32,000 nucleotides of DNA. Source: Pyrodictium abyssi (GTDB lineage: Archaea > Thermoproteota > Thermoprotei_A > Sulfolobales > Pyrodictiaceae). The stretch covers positions 450,001 to 482,000 of the forward strand of contig NZ_AP028907.1 of the NCBI RefSeq assembly GCF_036323395.1. Reading direction: 5' to 3'. A program made the position numbers and the translations under genes. Positions 8,635 through 16,625 of the stretch are shown here, piece after piece. The number at the start of each line of letters is the position of its first letter. Within the stretch, counting starts at the first letter, position 1. The notes beneath the pieces were generated by a model, which saw only the letters and a program-made list of their open reading frames with translations, made no database searches and was not told the DNA's origin.

Positions 8635-9926
8635 GGCGGGCAGCGTAGCCGGTTCCTGGGCGGCGAGTCGCGCTCGGGCCGCGTGGTGACCCTCTTCTCT
8701 ATCTCGCGGCGGAACTGCTCCACTATTTCCTCGAGCACGTGGGCCTGCCCGTTCACAGCAGCGCGGTGGGCGTAGACTATCAGTGGGCGTAGCAGCTTCT
8801 TCACTAGGCTCTGGGCGAAGTCCCCGGTAACTGTCAGCGCGGCGCCGTTCACCCCTACGCCGCGTAGCCTGCTGTGTAGCTCCTGGAGCTCCTCGTCTAT
8901 GACGCGGCTCGCGTACTCCATCATGACGGCTATGGCCTCGTCGGCGGCCCTCCTCATCCACGCCTTCCTGAACAGAGAGAGCTGCTCGGCTATGATCTTC
9001 TCGGCCTTTGGGACCTCCTGGCGGCGGCGCTCCAGGGTCTTCTGTATCACCTTCTCGAGGCCCTGGAGCCCTATGTACCCGAGGTGCCCGGGCACAGGGA
9101 GCTCCACGGCCGACGGGTTCGAGACGTCTACCACCAGGGCGCCGGGCTTCATCCGCTCCAGGAGCTCCCTCGTGAGCAGAGGCTTCTCCACAGTCACGGC
9201 GGTGAAGACCACGTCGGCCTTCTCTAGGAGGGCTGGCAGCTCGTCGAGCCCGTAGGCCTCGCCGCCTAGCTTCCGGGCGAGCTCCTCCGCCCTCTCGAGG
9301 GTCCGGTTGGCTACCAGGAGGCGGGCGGTGCTGCTCTTCTGCCTGACGAGGCTTGCTATTATCGAGCCTGCCTCGCCCGCGCCCACCACCAGGACGACGC
9401 GGTCGTCGTAGCTGCCGAGTATCTTCTCGGCTGCGTGGACAGCGGCGCCCGGGGCACCCACGTTGCCGTAGGATATCATGGTCTTGCTGCGGACCAGCTT
9501 CCCGGTCTTAACGGCGTAGTGGAAGAGGAGGGACATGTACTTGCCCGCGTAGCCCCGGCTCCGGGCGGCCTCGTACGCCTTAGCCACCTGGCCTAGTATC
9601 TCGTTCTCGCCGAGTATAGCCGACTCGAGCCCAGCGGCGACGCGGAAGAGGTGGCGGGCAGCGTCGAGCCCCCGCCGCACATCGGCGTACTTGGAGGCGT
9701 CGCCTAGCAGGCTTTCGGCCTCGACGAGGAGCCGGGGCGACTCGAGCGCGTATATCTCGAAGCGGTTACAGGTGGCGAGAACGACTAGCTCGTCGGTGTA
9801 GGGGTAGAGGCGCTCATAGGCCTGCTCTACGAGGTTCTCTAGCGCCCCCACCACCTTCAGGGGGGCGTTACGGTGGTTGACCGTTATGAGTACGAGTTCG
9901 TCGAGAGACCTCGCCACGGGTACCAC
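8631..9926 (-). CDS. hemA: Glutamyl-tRNA reductase
   Basis: VNHRNAPL, ELVVLATCNRFEIYAL, FRVAAGLESAILGENEILGQVAKAYE, VLVVGAGEAGSII; full-length 431 aa. Confidence 0.95.
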   Translation of the reverse strand: MVPVARSLDELVLITVNHRNAPLKVVGALENLVEQAYERLYPYTDELVVLATCNRFEIYALESPRLLVEAESLLGDASKYADVRRGLDAARHLFRVAAGLESAILGENEILGQVAKAYEAARSRGYAGKYMSLLFHYAVKTGKLVRSKTMISYGNVGAPGAAVHAAEKILGSYDDRVVLVVGAGEAGSIIASLVRQKSSTARLLVANRTLERAEELARKLGGEAYGLDELPALLEKADVVFTAVTVEKPLLTRELLERMKPGALVVDVSNPSAVELPVPGHLGYIGLQGLEKVIQKTLERRRQEVPKAEKIIAEQLSLFRKAWMRRAADEAIAVMMEYASRVIDEELQELHSRLRGVGVNGAALTVTGDFAQSLVKKLLRPLIVYAHRAAVNGQAHVLEEIVEQFRREIEKRVTTRPERDSPPRNRLRCPP

Positions 9927-10182
9927 CAGCGGCGCGCTCCTGGCGGCCTGCTACAGCGGTGCTGGGTACACCATGAGCGTGTTCCGGGTGTAAATTAGTA
10001 ACAGCCCATCCCAATTAAATAGGTTAAACCGGCACGGGCCCGCCGGCCTAACGGCCGCGGCCCATGTACAGTATTACACGATTCCACAGTATTCCGTACA
10101 ACCTATTCATCCCACATCGAAGATACTATATGCATAAATGTTTGCCCCGAAAACTCTCGGGCTCCGGAGGACCGGATAGTAC

Positions 10183-10977
10183 ATGCCCGGCGACCCTTTG
10201 ATAGTATTCGCTATCCGCTACAGCCGCGAGGACGACAAGTGCCTAGCCCAGCAGCTCATACGGAAGGCCGAGCAGCTCTGCAGCACCGGCAGCATAGTCG
10301 GCTGCAAGCTGGGCGAGGGTGGCCGCGAGCTCCTACGCCCAGTCATAGCGGCAAAGCCCCTCTACACAGCCCCCAGCCGCGGGGAGAACACCGAGGTCTG
10401 GCTCCGCGTAAGCGGCGAGCCCGAGGCCCTCCACGCGCTAGAGACGGTTATGAAGAGGGAGAAGGGCGTAAGCTTCCAGGTGGTCAGCGGCAACAAGTAC
10501 AACGCTATAATCCGGCTCATAGTGCCCAGGGAAAGGTGCTGCCGCGAGTGCAGCTGGTGCCCCCTAGTCGCAGCGCCCCCGGGCAGCATGGTGAAGAGCG
10601 TCGTTATAACAGGGAGCTTCTTCCTCGTGGAGCTGATAGTCGCTAAGCCCCAGGCCCTAAGAGCGCTCGAGAATAGCGGCTACACGGTCATCTACAGCAC
10701 CAGGGTAGACGAGGTGGACTACGCGCTCACTGTGAAGCAGGAGCTAGCCCTCGTACTAGCCTTCCTCTACGGGTACTACAGCTACCCCCGCCGGGTAAGC
10801 GTAAAGGAGCTCGCCGCGAGGCTCCGCATATCCAGCTCGGCGCTGGCAGAGCTACTCCGCAAGGCGGAGCTGAAGGTGATCACACGCTACGTCATGGAGG
10901 AGCTACCCCACTATCTCGTACAGCAGGTCATGTCCGCGGCCTCCGTCCTGCGCACCAGAGGCTCGGAGAAGGAGTAG
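10183..10977 (+). CDS. Bat-type HTH (HTH_10) transcriptional regulator with a Cys-rich N-terminal domain
   Basis: C-terminal LTVKQELALVLAFLYGYYSYPRRVSVKELAARLRISSSALAELLRKAELKVI; N-terminal half contains RERCCRECSWCP. Confidence 0.75.
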   Translation: MPGDPLIVFAIRYSREDDKCLAQQLIRKAEQLCSTGSIVGCKLGEGGRELLRPVIAAKPLYTAPSRGENTEVWLRVSGEPEALHALETVMKREKGVSFQVVSGNKYNAIIRLIVPRERCCRECSWCPLVAAPPGSMVKSVVITGSFFLVELIVAKPQALRALENSGYTVIYSTRVDEVDYALTVKQELALVLAFLYGYYSYPRRVSVKELAARLRISSSALAELLRKAELKVITRYVMEELPHYLVQQVMSAASVLRTRGSEKE

Positions 10978-11203
10978 GAGCAGCGGATGCAGACCGGCCG
11001 CCTCCGAGTCTTCTCTCCGCTGCTCCTGCTAGCTGCTGGTTCTCCCTGGCTGCGTCTTAGCGGCTTCTTGGCCGGTGTGTGTACCAGTGTACTAGCCGGT
11101 ACATCCTGGGGCTTAGCAGCTGCCCGATAGGCGGGCCTAGGGCTATCCGGGTAAACATTGGCTTACCCTGTTACACGGATAGGTGCTTCTTTGGCTCCTC
11201 TGG

Positions 11204-11215
11204 GAAACCTTTAAG
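11204..11215 (+). promoter_or_regulatory. Putative BRE/TATA element for the repeat protein at 11301
   Basis: GAAACCTTTAAG, A/T-rich hexamer in GC-rich context about 85 bp upstream of the ATG; pattern only. Confidence 0.35.
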
Positions 11216-11300
11216 CAGCGGGCTCCTTCTATTATATACCTCCCTCTTACTAGTGTAATCGGGGCGTAGCGGGGACAGGAGCCGCGGGGGTGGGTAGCCC

Positions 11301-11786
11301 ATGCCGAGGAGGGGTATCAACTGGGCGGTGGAGGTCCTCAGGAGGATTAAGGGGCTAGAGTTCCCGGTGACGCGGGACCAGCTCCGCGAGAGGCTCCGGG
11401 ACTTCTACTACTACGGCATACCGGCGACGAGGATACTCGAGGAGGTCGAGAAGGAGAGCTTTGCAAGCCCTGCGGAGCTGCTACGGGAGCTGGCCGAGGC
11501 TATACGGAGGCTAGAGGAGCGCGGCGAGCTGCCCGTAACCGCTAGGAGGGGTATCAACTGGGCTGCTGAGGTGCTGAAGAGGATACGCGGCCTGAGCTTC
11601 CCCGTGACCCGGGAGCAGGTTAAGGAGAGGCTCGCGGGGCTAGCCTGGCACGGTGTCAGCATCGAGAAGATACTCGGCGAGGTCGAGAGGGAGAGCTTTG
11701 CTAGCCCCGCCGAGCTGCTGAGGGAGATAGCGGAGGCGATAAGGAGGCTAGAGGAGAGGGGCGAGCTACAGGCGGCCCACCAGTAG
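11301..11786 (+). CDS. Hypothetical protein made of two tandem ~79-aa repeats
   Basis: RRGINWAVEVLRRIKGLEFPVTRDQLRERL...ESFASPAELLRELAEAIRRLEERGEL is followed by RRGINWAAEVLKRIRGLSFPVTREQVKERL...ESFASPAELLREIAEAIRRLEERGEL. Confidence 0.8.
   Translation: MPRRGINWAVEVLRRIKGLEFPVTRDQLRERLRDFYYYGIPATRILEEVEKESFASPAELLRELAEAIRRLEERGELPVTARRGINWAAEVLKRIRGLSFPVTREQVKERLAGLAWHGVSIEKILGEVERESFASPAELLREIAEAIRRLEERGELQAAHQ
11307..11780 (+). repeat. Two tandem in-frame 237-bp repeat units (11307-11543, 11544-11780)
   Basis: AGGAGGGGTATCAACTGGGC at 11307 and again at 11544; period of 237 nt. Confidence 0.85.
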
Positions 11787-11811
11787 CCCCTGGCCCCGCC
11801 CTTCCCGTCTT

Positions 11812-12171
11812 TTACACTTCCTCGTGCTCCTCGGTGGGGCACGTCTTGCCCATTAGGCTTAGTAGCCGGCGGCATATAGTGCACATGTCTATGGACTCGC
11901 TGGCTAGTAGGCGCTGGGCTATCCACTCTACGAGCCCCTGGAAGCCGGGCAGCTTCTCTAGCTCGTCTAGGCCCTGGGGGCGGCGGTGTCCGCGGAGCAC
12001 GTAGTTCAGCATTGGCTGCTGTACGCCGGTTAGCCGGGCGGCTTTTACCTGTGTTAGGCCGTGTCTCCGGACGAGGTGGACGGCGACTGCTATCCTTATG
12101 AGCCGGGAGTACCGGGCGGCGTACTCCTCGCAGAAGGACGGCGTTATCAGGGACTCATGGAGGGTGCGCAA
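11812..12171 (-). CDS. Archaeal HTH transcriptional regulator (COG2522-like) with C-terminal Cys motif
   Basis: LTQVKAARLTGVQQPMLNYVLRGHRRP helix-turn-helix; C-terminal DMCTICRRLLSLMGKTCP. Confidence 0.75.
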   Translation of the reverse strand: MRTLHESLITPSFCEEYAARYSRLIRIAVAVHLVRRHGLTQVKAARLTGVQQPMLNYVLRGHRRPQGLDELEKLPGFQGLVEWIAQRLLASESIDMCTICRRLLSLMGKTCPTEEHEEV

Positions 12172-12270
12172 GTGTTATCCCTCGGGGCCCCTGGGCCCCC
12201 GGGCCTATAGAGTATGGTGTGTATTCGTTTATTCATTTATCTCGATCGATTCTTGCGCCGTGTAGGCGGT

Positions 12271-13521
12271 TTACCCTGTAGCCCTGGCTAGCTTCTCTAG
12301 GGCCTCTGCTAGCCGGTCTATGTCCTCGGGCCCGTTGTAGATGTAGAAGCTAGCCCTCACGGTGCCCCTCTCGAGGCCTAGGCTGCGGTGCAGTGGCTCA
12401 GCGCAGTGGAAGCCAGCGCGCACAGCCACGCCCTCCATGCCCAGGGCCAGGGCTACGGCGTGGGGCGTATGTCCCTCCATGTTGAAGGCTACTATGCCCA
12501 GCCTCTCCGCCGTCTCGGTGCTCACGGGCTGGAAGCCCGGCACCTCCCCTAGCCTCCGGAGCGCGTACCCTAGGAGCGTCTTCTCGTGAGCCTCCACGCG
12601 CTCCATGCCTATCTCAGCTAGGTACTCTACCGCGGCTGCTAGGCCGACGGCCCCGGCTATATGGGGTGTACCGGGCTCGAACCTCCACGGCGACTCGGCG
12701 AGCTCGACGCGTAGCTCGCCCCCTTCGAGCCGCACGCTCTTGACTATGCCGCCGCCCTGGAACGGAGGCTCAAGCTCCTCTAGGCGGTCACCCCTTACCC
12801 AGAGCACTCCTATGCCGGTGGGCCCCAGCATCTTGTGGCCGCTGAAGAACAGCATGTCGGCCCCGAGGCTGTAGACGTCTAGCGGCATGTGGGGCGCGCT
12901 CTGCGCGGCGTCGACCACCACTAGGGCGCCGTGGCGGCGCGCCTCCCGGGCTATCTCCCGGACAGGGTTAACGTAGCCTAGCACGTTGCTAGCATGCGTG
13001 ACTGCCACCACGGCTGTCTCGTCGTCGACCATGCTGAGTAATACGTCAAGGTCTAGCCTCCCGTCCCGGGGGCGCACAGGGGCTAGCTCTAGCCGGGCCC
13101 CCGCGAGCCGGGCCACGGTCCTCCAGGGCAGCAGGTTACTGTGGTGCTCCATGACCGTCGCTATTATCTTGCTGCCTCTCCTTACCACGCCGCTCAGTAG
13201 CAGCATGTACGCGGCCATGTTGGCCGAGTCGCTGGCGCTCCGCGTGAACACTACCTCGCCGGGGCCACGGGCGCCTATGAAGCCCGCCACCTTCTCGTGG
13301 GCCTCCTCGTAGAGCCGAGTAGCCTCCACGGCCAGCTCGTAGAGCCCGCGGGCCACGTTAGCGTTACTACGCCGGTAGAACGCCTCCACAGCCTCTATGA
13401 CACGGCGGGGCTTCTGCGTAGTGGCGGCGTTGTCGAGGTAGACTAGGCCCGGCCTCTCCCGGAATATGGGGAAGTCGCTGCGGATACTCTCGTAGTCCAG
13501 TAGGAAGCCTACACCCGGCAC
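12271..13521 (-). CDS. sufS: Cysteine desulfurase, SufS/CsdA-type class V aminotransferase
   Basis: VYLDNAATTQKPRRVIEA, FFSGHKMLGPTGIGVLW, VAVRAGFHCAEPLHRSLGLERGTVRASFYIYN. Confidence 0.9.
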   Translation of the reverse strand: MPGVGFLLDYESIRSDFPIFRERPGLVYLDNAATTQKPRRVIEAVEAFYRRSNANVARGLYELAVEATRLYEEAHEKVAGFIGARGPGEVVFTRSASDSANMAAYMLLLSGVVRRGSKIIATVMEHHSNLLPWRTVARLAGARLELAPVRPRDGRLDLDVLLSMVDDETAVVAVTHASNVLGYVNPVREIAREARRHGALVVVDAAQSAPHMPLDVYSLGADMLFFSGHKMLGPTGIGVLWVRGDRLEELEPPFQGGGIVKSVRLEGGELRVELAESPWRFEPGTPHIAGAVGLAAAVEYLAEIGMERVEAHEKTLLGYALRRLGEVPGFQPVSTETAERLGIVAFNMEGHTPHAVALALGMEGVAVRAGFHCAEPLHRSLGLERGTVRASFYIYNGPEDIDRLAEALEKLARATG

Positions 13522-13568
13522 GGCGCGCGCACCCTAGGCGTGGTAGAGAAACGTCCCGGGGAGGGGGG

Positions 13569-13682
13569 TCACCCGCTGCTCTGGCTCCCGAAGTGCTCGT
13601 TGAGCTGCTCCACGTATTTGAAGCCGTTGTCGGGGAAGACGAGGACGTAGCCGCCCTTCTCCCGACCCCGCTCCCTATTCAC
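13569..13682 (-). pseudogene. Orphan C-terminal tail of an O-phosphoserine sulfhydrylase/cysteine synthase-like gene (37-codon ORF)
   Basis: GTG-initiated frame VNRERGREKGGYVLVFPDNGFKYVEQLNEHFGSQSSG*, matching the cysO C-terminus GDYVLVFPDNGFKYVEQLNEHLGG; 58 bp identical to 26179-26236. Confidence 0.75.
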
Positions 13683-14095
13683 TTAAGCGCCTTCTCGCGC
13701 AGCCTGGTTACGAGCTTCTCGCCCTTCTCGCTGAACATGACTACGCCGTTCTCCACGCGCACAAGACCTCTCCTCTCCAGCTCCCGCAGCGCCTGGAGCA
13801 CCTTTTCCCTGCTGGCCCTCGTGTACACCTCCAGCTCCTCGAAGGGTAGCGCCTTCTTGCTGCCGAGCACCTCTAGAAGCCTCGCCTCGACAACCCTGCT
13901 GGCACCCCCTATCGGGGCACCGCTGTGGAGCGGCTCCTCGACCCACCCGGAGGCCGATCCCCTGCCCGGCGTCGAAACAGACTCGTCTTCCCGGCGCCGC
14001 CCGCTCTGGCTGGAGAGGAGCACGGCAAGCACAGTCAAGGCTGCTAGTGCGGCGAGGAGCGTGTAGAGCGCCGCTAGCGCGTCCATGGCCGTCAC
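13679..14095 (-). CDS. Membrane-anchored winged-helix DNA-binding protein (N-terminal TM, C-terminal wHTH)
   Basis: ALAALYTLLAALAALTVLAVLL TM; EARLLEVLGSKKALPFEELEVYTRASREKVLQALRELERRGLVRVENGVVMFSEKGEKLV wHTH. Confidence 0.75.
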   Translation of the reverse strand: MTAMDALAALYTLLAALAALTVLAVLLSSQSGRRREDESVSTPGRGSASGWVEEPLHSGAPIGGASRVVEARLLEVLGSKKALPFEELEVYTRASREKVLQALRELERRGLVRVENGVVMFSEKGEKLVTRLREKALK

Positions 14096-16422
14096 CGTTT
14101 CCTAACAGCCCTTATGCTCGCCGCCAGCACGGCCAGCGAGACAGCGCCCGCAGTCCCCGCCACTATTGTTTGGCTTATCGGCATTTTACTGGCGCCCTCC
14201 TTCACCAGCAGCTGCAACGGCTCGGACTCGAGCTGCATCGAGGCTGCAACGGCTTTCACGCGGTACCTGCCAGGCTTGCCCGGCGCGGAGAAGACTAGCG
14301 AGGCTCTACCCTCCGCGTCTGTAAGCCCGGAGGCCACGGTGGCCCAGGAGTTGTTGCCCTCTGGGCTCAGCAAGAGGGTTACGGCTACGGGCTGCCTAGG
14401 GGGAGGCTCTATGGCTACTGCAGCGGTGACGCTGGCGCCTGTCGGCACTTCAGTGTTGCTCAGCGACAGTGTGAGCCTATGCTCACGTGCTTGGACGCTG
14501 AGTGTAGCGTTCACTCCTAGCTCCCTGAAGCCCTTAAGGCGCACGGATACCACGTAGTCTCCTGGTCTCTGCGGAGACCTTATCCTAACCCTTGCGGAGC
14601 CGTTTACTATGCTGACCTCCTCTGTCTCTAGGACCTCTCCTTTGGGCGTCAATACTTCCACAACGGCTCTCGCGTCCAGCGGAGGCGTGGTCGCTAGGAC
14701 GTACTCAACCAGCTCTCCGGGCCCAGCCGTGGCTCTTGAGGGCTCTATCCCGAGTACGGGGTTTGCGACGTGCACGGCCGCCTGGGATACAAGCGAGCGG
14801 TCCATGCACGTGACGTTGACCCAGACGTGGTATGCCCCGGGGGCCTCGGGGGCTATGATGCTCAGCCTAGCTATGCCGTTTAGCGTCGCTGCTACGAGCG
14901 AGGTATCCGTCCACTCGGGCCTCGCGGACACCCTGCACCCGTCGAGGCCAGGCTTAACAGCCACTTCCAGCTTCACCGGGCTACCGGGCGCAGCCGGACT
15001 GGGCTCTGCCTTCACGCTCAGCCTCGGCTCCGGCAGCACGGCTATGCTGATTGTGCTGCTTGCGAGCTTGTAGCCGCCGAGGCGTATGACGGCGCGTAGC
15101 AGCGAGGTGCCCCGAGGCAGCGCGCTCGATGGTACGCGGACGACGGCGCTGCCCCCGCACACGGTGGCCTCGGCTACGGTTCTCCAGGTGAGTGTTACCG
15201 GGTCAAACACCTCAACGTCTGCGGGGAGACATACGCCCAGGGAGGGCTCGACCCGTATTCTCACCGGGACCTCGCTCCCGGCGAACACAGCGCTTGGGGC
15301 TGCAGCGGAGACGCTGGCTACGCGCAGCAGCCGGGCAACAGGCTGCACGTGTAGTACCACCTCGTTGCTGGGGAAGCGCCTTTCGCTGCCCAGGGCTCTT
15401 AGAGCCACGACCGCTCTCACTCTATAGCTGGCCTCCTCCCCAGTCATGCCTAGGCGCATGCACCCGGTTACACTCCTCATCTCGGGGTCGTAGCTCGTGA
15501 CATAGAAGGGTGTCCACCCGGGGACAGTGCCGCCGAGGTACTCCATAACTATCTCTGCGCTCACGCCCCTAGGGAGCCCTTGGAGCCCCGGGTGGATCTC
15601 GAAGCACACCCTATCGCCCTCAAAGGCCTCGGTGCCGTTAACTGCTAAGAGGCGGGGACGAGGAGGCTCCACGGTAACCAGGAAGAGGCGTTTCTCACTC
15701 ACAGTCCTCGTCCCCACGCCGTAGGCCTCGGCCACTATCCTCAGCACGTGCACCCCCGGGCTTTCGGGCGCTCGTACATCTATACTCACGTTCTCCGTGG
15801 AGCCCGGCGGGAGGCTGGCCCCGAGCAGTTCCGTGTAGACTACATCGCCGTCGAGGTACACCCGGATCCTCGGCTGTACCGCAGCCACCTCGCCTATATT
15901 GGATACGGATACCCTTACCTCGACGGGCTCGTTGCTGACCGCGAGGAGAGACTGCCCGCTGTCCACAGACGCCGTGATCACTAGTGAGGGGGTGAGGGGA
16001 CCTATAGCGAGAGGAACCTTTACCTCCTTGACGGCCGTCTCCGAGCCGCGGTACACCCTAGCTCTGACAGTGAGGCTGCTGCCTAGCAGCGCTGCTGGTA
16101 TCACAGTTGATGCTTCGCTGCTGGTATCGCCGCGTAGGAAGCCGAGGTGCAGTGACCCCAGCGTGGTGTTGCCGTCGAGCAGCTCAACGCTCATGAAGAT
16201 CGGCGCGTTGGACGTATTGTAGATGAGCGACGCCTTTATCTTAACACCGAGCCCTTGTGGCAACACCTCGGTCTCGATGCTCACGCCGACGACGTATATG
16301 TCGCCGCCTATTCTGAAGTCGAGAGCATAGGAGAGTGGGGAGCTCTCACCAGTAGCCTTGGGGACCAGGAGCATGACGAAGACTGTGGCTGCTAGTGCTG
16401 CTAGAAGCCTAGCTTCCCTCAT
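14092..16422 (-). CDS. Large exported, C-terminally membrane-anchored protein with repeated Ig/CARDB-like domains
   Basis: Signal peptide-like N-terminus LLAALAATVFVMLLVPKATG; repeated SVxPxxxSPGsxVxxxVxV...L...G.Y.V.V pattern; C-terminal TM IVAGTAGAVSLAVLAASIRAVRKR. Confidence 0.8.
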   Translation of the reverse strand: MREARLLAALAATVFVMLLVPKATGESSPLSYALDFRIGGDIYVVGVSIETEVLPQGLGVKIKASLIYNTSNAPIFMSVELLDGNTTLGSLHLGFLRGDTSSEASTVIPAALLGSSLTVRARVYRGSETAVKEVKVPLAIGPLTPSLVITASVDSGQSLLAVSNEPVEVRVSVSNIGEVAAVQPRIRVYLDGDVVYTELLGASLPPGSTENVSIDVRAPESPGVHVLRIVAEAYGVGTRTVSEKRLFLVTVEPPRPRLLAVNGTEAFEGDRVCFEIHPGLQGLPRGVSAEIVMEYLGGTVPGWTPFYVTSYDPEMRSVTGCMRLGMTGEEASYRVRAVVALRALGSERRFPSNEVVLHVQPVARLLRVASVSAAAPSAVFAGSEVPVRIRVEPSLGVCLPADVEVFDPVTLTWRTVAEATVCGGSAVVRVPSSALPRGTSLLRAVIRLGGYKLASSTISIAVLPEPRLSVKAEPSPAAPGSPVKLEVAVKPGLDGCRVSARPEWTDTSLVAATLNGIARLSIIAPEAPGAYHVWVNVTCMDRSLVSQAAVHVANPVLGIEPSRATAGPGELVEYVLATTPPLDARAVVEVLTPKGEVLETEEVSIVNGSARVRIRSPQRPGDYVVSVRLKGFRELGVNATLSVQAREHRLTLSLSNTEVPTGASVTAAVAIEPPPRQPVAVTLLLSPEGNNSWATVASGLTDAEGRASLVFSAPGKPGRYRVKAVAASMQLESEPLQLLVKEGASKMPISQTIVAGTAGAVSLAVLAASIRAVRKR

Positions 16423-16625
16423 AGCTGGCCACGCCCTGGGTCTATGGTTGGGCGTGTGTTGCAGTTAGGTATTGCGAATCGTAGCCATGGCGGCGTTGGA
16501 TACGGGTTATAGTGGTGTTGGGTAGCCGCAGAAGGTGGCGGTAAACCCGCTATAGGAGAAGTGCGCAGCCACGGCTGCCGGGCAGCTACAGCTAGACGGT
16601 ATAGTGGAATCCGCGGTCCTATAGG

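Noticed and set aside
14114-16222. Chain of plus-strand ORFs (14114, 14609, 15086, 15192, 15899) opposite the 776-aa gene
   Set aside because: Ser/Thr/Pro-rich antisense shadows of a well supported minus-strand CDS.
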